Notes: generated from the sequence alone by a model not told the origin. DNA of 62,757 bases, filler included, from Sanchytrium tribonematis (GCA_018985235.1; 7 parts of 7 records of this genome joined end to end with filler, not necessarily neighbours in it), one strand, 5' to 3'; counted from the first letter of the whole stretch, positions 34,034-45,974 are shown. Program-made: numbers and translations.

Positions 34034-34555
34034 TTATTTTTGTTCTAGTTCTTTGAGATATTGCTTTCGAATGGGTAGATTTTCGGAATCGGGTGATCTA
34101 TTGTGCGGGATCCACTTAGGATTTAATTCAAATAATCGTAGAGCTTTGATGTATAGATTCTCATCAATTGTAAAACGATGATAAATACCAGCTGGAATAA
34201 TTATAAAATCTCCCTTTTCAACCATAATTCGAATCCATTTATCACCACTTTTAACGTCGCGTACATCGAAATATCCTTTTCCTTCAATGATAAATCGGAT
34301 TTCAGCATCTTCGTGCAGGTGTTCTTCAAAAAACTTGTTCATCATTTCTTTCGGGGTCTTATCAGTCAAATGGACGATATCGTGGGCAGGGTAGATGTCA
34401 AGATATTCATTAATCATCTCATTCACCACATCAGGCGTCATCTCAAATTTTTTGCACTTTATACCAAGTGCAGTTAAATGATCCATAGAAACGTCTTCAC
34501 CTTTATGAGGCATAGTAAACGGCTCGTCGCTGTTTAAGAACTCGTATGCTATCAT
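34034..34555 (-). CDS. ADI1: Acireductone dioxygenase
   Basis: [21 protein letters not shown]. Confidence 0.95.
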   Translation of the reverse strand: MIAYEFLNSDEPFTMPHKGEDVSMDHLTALGIKCKKFEMTPDVVNEMINEYLDIYPAHDIVHLTDKTPKEMMNKFFEEHLHEDAEIRFIIEGKGYFDVRDVKSGDKWIRIMVEKGDFIIIPAGIYHRFTIDENLYIKALRLFELNPKWIPHNRSPDSENLPIRKQYLKELEQK

Positions 34556-34772
34556 GAGTTGTTTCCCCCTTGCACCTTCTGATCTATCATGGGGATTATC
34601 AGTTGACTGGGCAAGTAGTCGTAATTTTTAAAACTTGAAAGATTTCTATTTTTGTCAATCTATTTACTTTGTGAAACCGCAAAAGTCATCCATCATTTGC
34701 GTCCAACCCGTGTGACTAAATTTTGTGACTGAAACATTTTTTTTACGTCAGAAAACATTTTCGAGGTTTATT

Positions 34773-35429
34773 ATGTTATCAAGTATAGTGCAAAATATAT
34801 GCAATTGCTTTGGTACTGCTAAGGTTCAAGAAACAAAATTAATCACCCAACAAACTGAAGCGCATGTAGATCAAAAACAAATTATTCGAAGTCAACAATT
34901 GCTCTTACCTTCTGCCACTTCGAATAAGAAAACCTTAATTATTGATTTAGATGAGACTCTTGTACACGCTTCATTTTCACCCATTGATAACCCAGATATA
35001 ATAGTAGAAGTGGAGCTTGATAAAATTACCCACCAAGTTTATGTTTTATTGCGGCCGTATGCTCGCGAATTTATAATTGAAATGGCCAAATTATACGAGC
35101 TGGTTATATTTACTGCTAGCTTATCCAAATATGCAGACCCCGTAGTTGATTTCATTGATACGATGCAGCTTATTAATTATCGACTTTATCGACATCATTG
35201 CACGTACCACAATGGAATTTATGTCAAGGACTTGGCTCAGTTGAATAGGAGTTTGGAAAAGGTCATCATTATTGACAATTCGCCAGCAAGTTATGCCTTC
35301 CATCCTAGTAATGCTATTGGAGTTACGAGCTGGTTCTCTGATAAATCTGATACCGAACTGAAGCAATTAACTACGCTGCTTAAGGATTTATCTAATGTGA
35401 ACGATGTGAGAACAATTTTGAAAAAATAA
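34773..35429 (+). CDS. CTD small phosphatase (Psr1/SCP family)
   Basis: DLDETLVH, YVKDL, IIDNSPASY; N-terminal Cys pair. Confidence 0.9.
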   Translation: MLSSIVQNICNCFGTAKVQETKLITQQTEAHVDQKQIIRSQQLLLPSATSNKKTLIIDLDETLVHASFSPIDNPDIIVEVELDKITHQVYVLLRPYAREFIIEMAKLYELVIFTASLSKYADPVVDFIDTMQLINYRLYRHHCTYHNGIYVKDLAQLNRSLEKVIIIDNSPASYAFHPSNAIGVTSWFSDKSDTELKQLTTLLKDLSNVNDVRTILKK

Positions 35430-35460
35430 ACATATTCTTGTATAATTTTAAAACTTGGAG

Positions 35461-35775
35461 ATGCTTTGTCTGAATAACAAGTTGATTCGAGGCGAAGGGA
35501 TATGTGATAAAAAAGGTTTGTATAACGGGGACGCTCTTTATTCTAATAACCCGCGCAAGGTACAATTATACATTTTAGACGATGAGTTGTTATATGCTGA
35601 TTCCATTAATATTGATGGTCAAATTGAAGAAGTACATCCACTTTTGGCCCCTTTGCCAAGACTATTTAATCCACAGCCTAACAAGGAACAAAGCGGCGGT
35701 ATAAAATGGTACTGGTGGCTACTGTTGGGATGGTTTGTGCTCAATATTTTGGGAGGAGCATCGGCTGCCAAATAA
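35461..35775 (+). CDS. Small membrane protein, possibly EMC10-like
   Basis: C-terminal KWYWWLLLGWFVLNILGG TM segment. Confidence 0.35.
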   Translation: MLCLNNKLIRGEGICDKKGLYNGDALYSNNPRKVQLYILDDELLYADSINIDGQIEEVHPLLAPLPRLFNPQPNKEQSGGIKWYWWLLLGWFVLNILGGASAAK

Positions 35776-35817
35776 ATTTCCCACAAATTTAAAATCAAAC
35801 TTTTGTGGCTTGTTTTA

Positions 35818-37305
35818 ATGACTCTTAGTAAACATTTTGTTACTGCTCCTGATATTGAGCGCGCACAAGTTAAGAACCTACAAGCATATCAGTATAAGAA
35901 ATTATTATCACAAATTATTACAGTGTCTTCGTATTCAGTGACATTGCTTGGCTCATTTTACTCAAGAGCCGAGATAGCAAGTGAAAATCTGGGAGAGCTA
36001 TATAAGAGACTTTCCAAGTTAGAACAGGCCCTGCCTAATATTCAAGATAGACTTATTGCCGAGCCATTTCATTTGGGCGAAGCCGAAAAACCACAACCTA
36101 CGCTGATTAGTTCTTCATTCTTAAGTAAAGAATCAAGGCCAATGGAAATGATGGCTGTATATGAAAAATGCAAAAAGCCACCAGAATTACACAAACTGGA
36201 CCAGTTTAGAAGTGATGGTAAAACTTGTATGCAGTTTTACTCGAATCCTAACTTTTTTGTTGAGGAATGGAAAAAAGTTATCGAAAAAGAGAACGAGGAA
36301 AAGAAGAAGAAGCGAAAAGAGAAAAAAGCACTTAAAGCTGAGAAAAACAAAAATGTATCCGCTGATGCTAATGAAATGGATCACAGGGTCGTCCCAGCAG
36401 CATTGGATGGTTCGCCTCAGGCAAATATAAGTGTTGAATATGAGAGCGACAAAAACATGAGTCCTGAAAATGACTACGTTATTGTCGAGGCTAACAATGA
36501 GCCAGCACCATTGCCTGAAGCAGACGAGGAATTTGATCCTGAAAAGTTATTTAGCACTATAGACGATTTGATTCCAGGACTTGCCGGAATAGGGTTGTCT
36601 GAATCACCCGTAGACCCAATTCCTATGATGCAAGCTGCTCCATTCCAACCGCCTCAATTTGGAATGGGTGTACCTCAACCATTTCAAATGCCTCCTCCTG
36701 CAGTGGTAAATTTAAGACAAACCAGTAATTTACAACGATCATCGCAAGAAAATCTGGTTGCCCCAACCCCTGTTCCGTTTGTTCAGTTAAAGCCTGTGCA
36801 AAATATCCCACCTCCTCAATTAAATCACGCGCCTGTTGCACCAACATTTAACCCACCTACGTTAAATATACAAAGTCAGCAACTACCTCCCCCACCACAG
36901 ATGACTCCGCAACAGATACCCAGACCTCAATCGGGAATTGCTCAGCTACCAAATCAAGTTCCAGCTCCTCAATTTAATAATGCTCCACCTTCACCAATGG
37001 CAAACATTGCCCCCCCTCCCCCTGGACCTCCAGTAGATCTACCGACATCCAAACCATTTGCTCCTCCTGCATTAAGAAAGGTGGAGAAAGTAGAACAGCC
37101 AGCCAAACCATCAGTTGGACGTGATGGAATGTTGGGAGAAATTAAAACTGGAGCTTTCGCGCTAAAAAAAGTTGCAGCCTCTCAGGCTCCAGCTCCTGTC
37201 AAAAAAGAAGATACTACTGTCGCAGGTATATTGATGCGAAGGGTCGCCTTGGAGATGAGCGATTCGGATGGTGATGATCATGACGATGACGAAGAATGGG
37301 ACTAA
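35818..37305 (+). CDS. WAVE/SCAR actin nucleation-promoting factor
   Basis: WHD end (FYSNPNFFVEEWK), basic region, polyproline, WH2 GRDGMLGEIKTG..LKKV, C region VAGILMRR, acidic ...EEWD*. Confidence 0.9.
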   Translation: MTLSKHFVTAPDIERAQVKNLQAYQYKKLLSQIITVSSYSVTLLGSFYSRAEIASENLGELYKRLSKLEQALPNIQDRLIAEPFHLGEAEKPQPTLISSSFLSKESRPMEMMAVYEKCKKPPELHKLDQFRSDGKTCMQFYSNPNFFVEEWKKVIEKENEEKKKKRKEKKALKAEKNKNVSADANEMDHRVVPAALDGSPQANISVEYESDKNMSPENDYVIVEANNEPAPLPEADEEFDPEKLFSTIDDLIPGLAGIGLSESPVDPIPMMQAAPFQPPQFGMGVPQPFQMPPPAVVNLRQTSNLQRSSQENLVAPTPVPFVQLKPVQNIPPPQLNHAPVAPTFNPPTLNIQSQQLPPPPQMTPQQIPRPQSGIAQLPNQVPAPQFNNAPPSPMANIAPPPPGPPVDLPTSKPFAPPALRKVEKVEQPAKPSVGRDGMLGEIKTGAFALKKVAASQAPAPVKKEDTTVAGILMRRVALEMSDSDGDDHDDDEEWD

Positions 37306-37343
37306 GAAACAATAAATTCTAAATATAATTTAATAACTTCGTA

Positions 37344-37365
37344 CAAGAAATTTCGAAATTTCTTG
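37344..37365. promoter_or_regulatory. Perfect 22-bp palindrome with two GAAnnTTC dyads upstream of CCT3
   Basis: caagaaatttcgaaatttcttg, ending 17 bp before the ATG. Confidence 0.5.
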
Positions 37366-37382
37366 GTTAGAAACTCGGAGAA

Positions 37383-39039
37383 ATGTCTGCACCTGTCGTT
37401 GTCATCAATACTGGAACTGAAAGAACCAAAGGAAGGAAAGCCCAATTGTCATGTATTCAGGCTAGTGGAGCTGTCGCATCAATTATCAAAAGTTGCCTTG
37501 GACCTAAGGCAATGTTGAAAATGTTGTTGGATCCAATGGGCAATGTTGTACTTACTAATGATGGTAATGCCATACTTAGAGAGTGTGAAGTCACTCATCC
37601 TGCAGCAAAGTCAATTATTGAGCTAGCAAGAACTCAGGACGAAGAAGTTGGAGATGGTACAACAAGTGTAATTATCTTGGCTAATGAATTGTTGCAGGTA
37701 GCTCAACAACATTTAAAATTGCATCCAATTGTTATCATCAATGCTTATAGAATGGCTTTGGAAGATGGATTGGCGTTGCTGGAAAAAATTGCGCAACCTT
37801 TAGATCTTAAAGATACTGAGAAATGTCAACAGATTATCAAATCCAGCATCGGAACCAAATTTGGAAGTAGATTCGATAAGCTTATCTGCGATATTGCTTG
37901 GAAAGCAGTCAATATCGTCAAAGAAACTGTATTTGGAGAAACAAGCGTTGAAATCAAACGATTTGTGAGGATTGAAAAAATTCCTGGTGGTTCTTTAACT
38001 GAATCAAGAATCTTGAACGGAGTTTGCCTAAACAAAGATGTTACCCACCCTAAAATGAGAAGGGAGATCAAAAATCCTCGAATTGTTTTGTTGGACTGCA
38101 CTTTAGAATATAAGAAAGGGGAATCGCAAACAAACATCGAGATTAGCAAGGAAGCCGACTGGAAGAAGTATTTGGAAATTGAGGAAGAGCAGATTAAAAA
38201 AATATGTGATGAGATTTCCAGAGTAAAGCCAGATCTTGTAATTACGGAAAAAGGAGTTTCTGGTAATTTGAATTTACTTAGATCTTGCACAGCATTACTT
38301 GCTGAAAAATAACATCACAGCAATCAGAAGAGTGAAAAAAACAGACAATGTCAGACTAGCTAGAGTTACTGGAGCCAGAGTCGTCAATAGACCCGAGGAA
38401 CTAACTGAGCAAGACGTAGGAACTGCATGTGGTATTTTTAAAGTGGAACAAATTGGTGATGAGTACTTCACATTTTTAGAAGAATGTAAAGACCCGAAAG
38501 CTTGTACCATAATTTTAAGAGGTCCAGCAAAGGACATCATTAACGAATTCGAAAGAAATGTTCAAGACGCTTTATGCGTTGCCAGAAATATTGTTTTGGA
38601 CCCATTCCTATGTCCGGGTGGCGGGGCAACTGAAATGGCTTTGTCAGTTGAGTTGGCTAAAAAAGCTTCTACAATTGAAGGGACTGAACAGTATCCTTAT
38701 GCGTCTGTTTCGGATGCTTTGGAGGCAATTCCAAAGGTTTTAGCCTCAAACTCCGGTGCAAAGCCTATTCAAATTATATCTGATTTGAAAGAGAAATATG
38801 CAGCTGGGGAGCAGTTTGGATTTGATGGCAACAAGGTTAAAGTCGTTTCTACGAAGGAATTGGGTATCTGGGAACCAAAAAGTGTGAAAGTGCAAACCTT
38901 AAAAACAGCAATTGAAGCATCTTGCATGCTTCTGAGAGTTGATGACATTGTGAGTGGTATTGCTAAAAAACCAAAGGGAAATCCGTCCGTGGAAGAGAAT
39001 GAGGCTGCTATGGAAGCTGCTGCTGCAAATGAGCAATGA
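37383..39039 (+). CDS. CCT3: T-complex protein 1 subunit gamma, 2 exons
   Basis: GDGTTSV, LEYKKGESQT, spliced TEKGVSDLAQHYL. Confidence 0.97.
38263..38281 (+). other. 19-nt intron (CCT3)
   Basis: gtaatttgaatttacttag; restores EKGVSDLAQHYL exactly. Confidence 0.97.
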
Positions 39040-39082
39040 GAAATAAATATCCTCCGTCAACTAGTGGCTTGGCCAATTTTTG

Positions 39083-39529
39083 ATGTTATATTTTCTACTG
39101 GTGATAAACAAACAGGGAAAAACAAGGCTTTCAAAATTCTATACTCCTGTCGATGGCGCAGAAAGACTTTCCATTATCCAAGAAGTTCAGAAAAGTGTAG
39201 CACCAAGGGATTCAAAATCTCAAAGTAATTTTGTAGAATTTCAATGGAAACCGAATCAAACGATCAAGTTGATTTATAAAAGATACGCTGGTTTATTTTT
39301 TATATTTGGAGTAGATAAAGACGCTAACGAATTATCAATTTTGGAAATGATTCACTTTTTTGTGGAAACTTTGGACCAATTTTTCGGAAATGTTTGTGAA
39401 TTAGATTTAATATTTAATTTTTACAAGGTATATCACGTTTTAGATGAAGTTTTTCTCGGTGGCGAATTTCAAGAAATGTCCAAGCCATTAATTTTAGCAC
39501 GATTGACCCAATTGTCAAGACTTCAATAA
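39083..39529 (+). CDS. APS2: AP-2 complex sigma subunit
   Basis: NKQGKTRL, YKRYAGLFF, NVCELDLIFNFYKVY. Confidence 0.85.
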   Translation: MLYFLLVINKQGKTRLSKFYTPVDGAERLSIIQEVQKSVAPRDSKSQSNFVEFQWKPNQTIKLIYKRYAGLFFIFGVDKDANELSILEMIHFFVETLDQFFGNVCELDLIFNFYKVYHVLDEVFLGGEFQEMSKPLILARLTQLSRLQ

Positions 39530-39904
39530 ATTGTTTCAAATATACTTTAAATGTGGTGTCCTGTATACAAGATGGCCATCAGAGGAACAATCTTGAAAAT
39601 ATATTTACTTCAAATATGTACAAAATAAATTGGATTTTTAAAACATGGCCTTGTTTTTCAAAGCTGTGGCAAAAAAATCTCGTTTTATATTTTCAATGGT
39701 CGTGTCTTCCTGATTCAGACAAGTTCGCAAAGTCATTTTGAGGCTCTTGCCACTATAGCCTAGGGACACTAAATAAGAAAGCGGATATTCATAAAGTGCC
39801 TCTATTCCTATGTTACGCACCAAGACTCGCTTTCTTAAGTCGCACTGAGCCTGATTTCTCTTGTTAGATATTGCAACCAGTTCTCGCTGTAGCTCAAAAC
39901 GATT

Positions 39905-40004
39905 NNNNNNNNNNNNNNNNNNNNNNNNNNNNNNNNNNNNNNNNNNNNTTAATTAATTAANNNNNNNNNNNNNNNNNNNNNNNNNNNNNNNNNNNNNNNN
40001 NNNN
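39905..40004. other. Artificial contig linker
   Basis: Same 100-nt linker. Confidence 0.97.
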
Positions 40005-41008
40005 GGATATCAAATATATTTCGAGGATTTCAGTCTTACAATGAATCTATGGACATTATCGACATCACAACCGACTCGTTCGAAATGAGAATTTACTCGT
40101 CGAAATCAAAGGCTATTAAAATGGTCGATGCTCAGCCAAGAACAATAGATCTTTACACTATGAAATTACCACAGTTGGATTTCACAGCAACGATGGTATC
40201 AATTATGGAATGTCAAAATTGTAAGAATATTCGCTGCAGCCTGTCAAAGTCTCACATTCTACAATTTAATCTTCCTGAATCCTTAAATCAATCTATAGAG
40301 GAACTTGCGAAGCAAATCACGGAAAAAGGACAAACTCGAATTGGAATAAGTTTGCAAGAATTATTTAAGTCATATGTCAAGCCGGAAATAATCGAAGACG
40401 TTCATTGTGAATATTGTACAATTCAGGATACTTTGAAATACCTGGAGGGTTTACTTGTAGATAATAGTCAGGAAGTCGTAAATGAATCTAACTCTTTGTT
40501 GAACAGCATCAAATGCTTCCCAGATACTGCTAGTATTGAAGACATTGACAAATTTATCAACGATAAAGCAGTGACCGATCATTTGTGGATAAACAAGGGC
40601 TACAAACATAGAAGACAACTTACACTGGGTCATCTTCCCAAGATACTGATAATCCAGTGTATGCGCAGCCAGTATACCAGTTTTGGTGAGCGGAAAAATA
40701 CAACTTTTGTATCGTTTCCTTTTGAACTGAGTCTGCATGAAATTGAACCCTTTTTATTTGCAAATTGCCTTAAGAAAGACAACAAGGTAGTTTCTATGGC
40801 CGAAAGTACTTACTGCCTCAAAAGTGTTGTGGAACATCAAGGTATCCACAATTATGGACACTATATCAGTTACAAATTTAATGTAAGTAATGATAAATGG
40901 TATCTTGTTAGCGACGATCAAGTCTTAGAAACTGATGCTACAACTGTCAGTTTGGCTGAGGCTTATCTCCTAATCTACGAAATGAGGTCTAAAACTGCCG
41001 ATAGCTAA
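40005..41008 (+). CDS. USP-family ubiquitin C-terminal hydrolase (5' truncated)
   Basis: LPKILIIQ, VSFP, His box VVEHQG...GHY, W..VSD, AYLLIYE. Confidence 0.85.
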
Positions 41009-41012
41009 TTTA

Positions 41013-42825
41013 TTAATACGGTCGTATTGCTCTTGGCTGGTAAGCTCGATTTCCTCTACTACGTGGACGTGCTCCTCTTGAATACGAACGATTTGGGGTA
41101 TAATTGCCAGTAGGATTTAATTCTTTGGTTGGATAGGACCCATCTTGACGATTCCATGACAAATTTTGTTTTGAGTTGTTAGATTTGAGATATTCTTTGG
41201 ACGTAGGTGTTTGTGATGGAAATGGTTTTCCAACGATTTTTAGACTTCCTCTTCCTCGCCCACGACCTCTTCCACCTCGCCCTCTTCCTCTGCCCCTCAT
41301 TGAGGGAGCAAATTGATTTGCAAAGTCTTTCAAGCCGACATCTTTTCGTCGTTTCATTTGATCGGCCTCCCTCTGAAGAGTGTTTTCATCATTTCCAGCT
41401 TCTTCGGGTGTGATGGCATCATGTTTTAATAAATTTAATCTTTGATACAAACTATATTTACCATTTTTGATAAGATCTGTGTCAAGATCAACATGTGAAT
41501 TGTTACTCTTGCTAATCATATGTAATTTCATTTTTTGAATCTCTTTGTCGTCTTCCTGATTTTGTTTTAAATAGCCAACTAGAAACCCTACTTGAAAGGC
41601 TTTAGTTAAGCTGTCATTCCCACTTAATTAAATAAAGTTACCTATATGCAGAATTTTCGATATTTTCCGTAATGTTCACATAAGATGCAATATCCAGTTC
41701 GGCAGCTGTAAGAAGTCGCTTTGTTTGATTCTCGCTCAATTTTAAATTATCCCTGTTATAAACCTCCGCAGCTTGCCATGAATTTTGAAATAAGCCAAGT
41801 TTTCCAGATTCCTTAAATTCATCATAGGCGGAAATATTAATTTCATTCGATTCTCCTGTTGCGTACGGCAACACGGCACCAGCAAATTTGAGGTAAAAGT
41901 TACTCACCTTTTTAGCAGTAGTTTCATCGCATTGTCCAAGAATCCTTGAATTAAAAGGATTGAAAACATGACTATCATTATTAAGAGGCTCAGTCCTAAG
42001 CAACCCATTATTTTTCCTAATATGAGGTGCGTTGAATCCAAATCTATTCTCGATCTGGTTTTCAGTTTGATGCCATTGAAAATCGACTTTAAGTTGTTTT
42101 TCTTCAATTTGCTGAAAGTTGGTCTCACAGTAAACTGCATATAATCGAAGCAAATGATTTCTATGAGACACGCCCAAATTGCTGTGAATATATTCTTTGA
42201 TGTCGCTTATTTTAAAATATGACAAATCTGTTAGCCATGTTTGAAATGACTCTGGCAACTCGATAAATAAATCATTAAATAGACAAGCAATCTCATTAGT
42301 TCCGTTGTAAGTGAATATCTTGGGGGTATCCGAGGAGCCAAGTATCCCAATAATTTGAGTAAATAAGCCTTGTATTCCAACTCGACCGTGTTCTTTTAAA
42401 CCAGGGTAATATCTAAGGCCATAAAGAACATGGAGATTTAAATCCATGCCCATTTTTTGCAGATATTCTCTATTTTTGCCATTGACAATAGTCTTTTCAC
42501 TAGGGTGTAATCGAAATAGATAATTTGATACTTCAAATGTATCGTCAACTTTTTTCCAAAAGGACACAGTCCAATTGTAAATGCAGGCATATGTGGCAAT
42601 GTATTTTAATGCTATATATTTTGCGTCTCTATCGTCTTTTGAATGAAATTTTGCTGGTTGGCCAAATGTGGAATAGTCGGTTTTCATTACACAATAATCG
42701 CATTCTTTAGCAGATTGTTGAATTATGCTACAAATTTCATCCCCCCAATTTCGACTATCTATGACTGTGTAAGGGATTTCCTTAAAAGGTTGCATGGCTT
42801 TACTCTTTTTCACAAATGAAATCAT
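41013..42825 (-). CDS. Divergent CAF1-family (TOE1/PARN-like) protein with RG-rich tail, 2 exons
   Basis: IPYTVIDSRNW...DYCVMKTDYSTFG and YLQKMGMDLN resemble TOE1/PARN; ORFs joined in frame by intron 41623-41641. Confidence 0.55.
41623..41641 (-). other. 19-nt intron (CAF1-like gene)
   Basis: gtaactttatttaattaag; links SAYS|GNDS into the downstream RG-rich ORF with no stops. Confidence 0.8.
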
Positions 42826-43015
42826 CTTGTGGGAAATTGTTTCGCAAATATTCTCCGCGGCGATTAATTTATCCTATAATGTAAATTCTGAAATCCGTCA
42901 TAATAAATTGCCGAAACTGTCATCGCTTGATCCAAATGAAAAATTAATTTTTAAAAAATCAGTTGGAGACGAGATGTTGAAATATTAAGGGGTGTTTTGA
43001 CTATTAGCTTTTAAA

Positions 43016-43926
43016 ATGGTTGAGAAAAAATCTTTGAATTGGACAAATTTAGCCGTTGGTGGATTTATACAAATAATGGAAGTCTCCACATTAGGCCAGC
43101 CATTTGAAGTTTTAAAAACTCACATGGCTGCTAATCGTGGAGATAACTTACGAACAGCCATAAAAAAGACATATCAAAGAGGAGGAGTTTTTGGTTATTG
43201 GCAAGGACTCATTCCCTGGGCTTGGATTGAGGCCGGAACAAAAGGCGCTGTGCTTCTATTTGCTTCTTATGAGGTGGAGTCATTTTTACAAACTTTTGGT
43301 GTTAATAAAACTGCAGCCTCGATGACAGGGGGTGCAGTGGGTGGTATTGCTCAAGCATATACAACTATGGGATTTTGCACATTTATGAAAACTGTAGAAG
43401 TAACGAGACATAAAGATGGTCGTGGAACGTTGGAAATTGCGGCTCAAGTTTGGAAAAAAGAAGGATGGAAAGGGATGAATAAAGGCGTTAGTGCAGTCGC
43501 GCTTAGACAGATGACCAATTGGGGTAGCAGATTTGGAATCTCAAGATTTGTTGAATCGGTTATGAAAGGTGAGCAAAAGGACAGGAAGCTATCAAGACCA
43601 GAAAAAATTCTTTCAAGTGCGATCGGAGGTGCTTTGGCATGTTGGAATCAACCCTTTGAAGTTATCAGAGTGGAAATGCAGAGTCAATCTAAGGACCCAT
43701 CCTTAAAAAATTATGGATTTACGGCAACTGCAAAAGATATATATCAAAAAAATGGTATATGGGGATTTTATAGAGGCGTAACTCCTCGTGTTTGTCTTGG
43801 CGTTTATCTTACTATATGCATGGTAGTCCAATTTTAATTTAGGTTTTTGGAGGCGATGAAGCCAAAGCGAAAATTGCAGAGTGGCAAAAGTCCAAAAAAG
43901 AAGCAGAATCTAAGAAAGTGATTTAA
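43016..43926 (+). CDS. YHM2: Mitochondrial citrate/oxoglutarate carrier Yhm2, 2 exons
   Basis: EVSTLGQPFEVLKT, QGLIPWAWIEA, RQMTNWGSR. Confidence 0.9.
43823..43842 (+). other. 20-nt intron (YHM2)
   Basis: gtagtccaattttaatttag; gives TICMVFGGDEAK; a 17-nt alternative donor at 43826 is also in frame. Confidence 0.8.
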
Positions 43927-45357
43927 TAAAATTGCAATATTAATGCATACCAAATTATTGTGGATAACGCACTCCCTGTGTTTTCTGTAGTTTCAGTTGA
44001 AAGTTGTTGTAATTTAGGAATAACGCTTTTGTTCTTCTTCACGTCAAACACAGGTTGCTGAGTCATATTACCAACGTACATTTTAATATAATTCAATTGG
44101 CCTTCCATATATCTCGCATGTTCTGGATTCATGCCTAACTTTTTGTAATCTTTATCAGTAATATTATTATTTACAGCTACAAAAGAGTCATTTCCAAAAT
44201 AATTTCCAATATAAGAGACTGAGTAATTCCACTTGTCGTCTGCTGTAATGTTACTGATTGAATAAATATCGTGCAATCCTTCGAAGACTTCCACTTTGAC
44301 CTTTTCGTGTAATTGCTCAACTTCAATTTCTTCGATTTCTTCAATATCCTCAAAAGATTCTGTGGAAGTCGCCTCTGCTTCTGATTCTTCAACGTCAACA
44401 GTAGGCATTGGCGCAATAGGCAAATCAATAACTTCGCTTGTGCTATTTCCAACAGTGACGTTTGTTATATCGCCAGTTTCATTATCATCTCTTTTATAAA
44501 CTCGATGACTTTGCATTTTCGGCATCATCTTTGCGCTAGGAAATGTGCCTTCATATTTAACGCACCTATTTTTCATCAGAAGTACGTCAATTATTTTGGT
44601 ATTGAAGATAGGGAGTGGCGCATTTTTCCACCAAGGTGTAAATCGCTGCGCAGTCCATATATCGTGAACATATTGGTATAGAGATAATAAAAAGTCGACA
44701 AAGGCATGATGGAAATAAAATGATGCATCATTGTTACCTAAATAAATTAAAAGTACTGTAGCTAACGCCCATATCACCACCAAAATGCATGTGTAACAAA
44801 ACATGAGGACCATTTTCCAACAACTTTGAGAAATACTCAATTCCATAAGGTGTAGCAATAATGCTTGCAATGGTGCTAGTACCAGAAGGCAAAATATCCT
44901 TTCTATATCTTCTTGAAATGCAGTGCTTAAATGGATATCCTACAGTATTATATTCAAATACACCACCTTTAACACAACCATTTCTATCAACTGTACCTAA
45001 ATACTCGTCTGTAAATAAATTGTTTTTGTCGAAATTCCATTTTAATTTATCGCTGTCTTTGGCCCAATTCCAATATGGCAAAGTCACAGTTTTATCAATT
45101 TTTATCATTTCATTTTCAAAATTATATAGAAACTCTCTATGCCAATATAAAAAATACATATTATTGTGAAATCTACTGAAAAATTTGCTATGCATTTCCG
45201 AATATTTTCGCATAATGCCTCTTTCTTTCATAACATTGAAAACTTTCTTCACTTTTTGCCATTCTGGTTTTGACAAAGATCTAATCTCTTTTCTTATTCT
45301 AGGATTAGAGCACCCTACTTTGACTTGAGCAATTAAAATAACGATCAACAGTAACAT
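43923..45357 (-). CDS. Secreted tyrosinase (type-3 copper), possibly GPI-anchored, 2 exons
   Basis: Signal peptide; RIRKEIR, H...FLYWHR, LPYWNW, PHVLLH, spliced SNNDASFYFHHAFVD; hydrophobic C-terminus. Confidence 0.88.
44738..44756 (-). other. 19-nt intron (tyrosinase)
   Basis: gtacttttaatttatttag; restores CuB-site spacing. Confidence 0.92.
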
Positions 45358-45418
45358 TGTGAAAAATTTCCCCTGATCAAGTTTGGAAAGATTTTGCATA
45401 CCCCCTTTTCATTACACA

Positions 45419-45629
45419 ATGATTACAACCAAAGTAGGAAGCATTGCTTCTGAAGGTATTTTAGAATTTGCAAAACAGCTGCTGTTTGAAAAGAAAGTTG
45501 TAGCCATCCCTACCGAAACCGTGTATGGTTTAGCTGCAAAATTATATAGTGAAAGCATATTAAAAATTTTTGAAATTAAACAAAGACCCAGTGATAATCC
45601 TCTTATTGTTCATGTGTATGATAAAGAAG
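45419..45629 (+). CDS. SUA5: Threonylcarbamoyl-AMP synthase Sua5 (3' truncated)
   Basis: VAIPTETVYGLAA, KQRPSDNPLIVHV. Confidence 0.92.
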
Positions 45630-45729
45630 NNNNNNNNNNNNNNNNNNNNNNNNNNNNNNNNNNNNNNNNNNNNTTAATTAATTAANNNNNNNNNNNNNNN
45701 NNNNNNNNNNNNNNNNNNNNNNNNNNNNN
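45630..45729. other. Artificial contig linker
   Basis: Same 100-nt linker. Confidence 0.97.
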
Positions 45730-45730
45730 A

Positions 45731-45964
45731 GATATTATAACAACTCTTGCGTTTGATAGAGCCGGTAGTTTACTCACTAGTGGATCCATAGATGGTAGTG
45801 TATGCATTTGGGATATGAATATTTCTTCAGGAAATGCTTTAACTTTACCACTCAAAATATTATACACTAAAGCAACTCCACTGTTAAATTTAACGTTTAC
45901 AAAACGAAATTTACTCATGGCTGTCGGGTCTTTTTGTCCAGAGCTACTCAAATATGAGAAGTAA
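45731..45964 (+). CDS. TAF5: TFIID subunit 5 C-terminus (5' truncated; not in ORF track)
   Basis: Hand translation: LAFDRAGSLLTSGSIDGSVCIWD...YTKATPLLNLTFTKRNLLMAVG. Confidence 0.8.
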   Translation, partial: DIITTLAFDRAGSLLTSGSIDGSVCIWDMNISSGNALTLPLKILYTKATPLLNLTFTKRNLLMAVGSFCPELLKYEK

Positions 45965-45974
45965 ATTTATTTCT

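Noticed and set aside
37826..38540. Antisense and alternate-frame ORFs (e.g. 37826-38290, 14028-14312, 5158-5430, 33308-33721, 45682-45951)
   Set aside because: Shadow ORFs of well-conserved genes with no recognisable motifs
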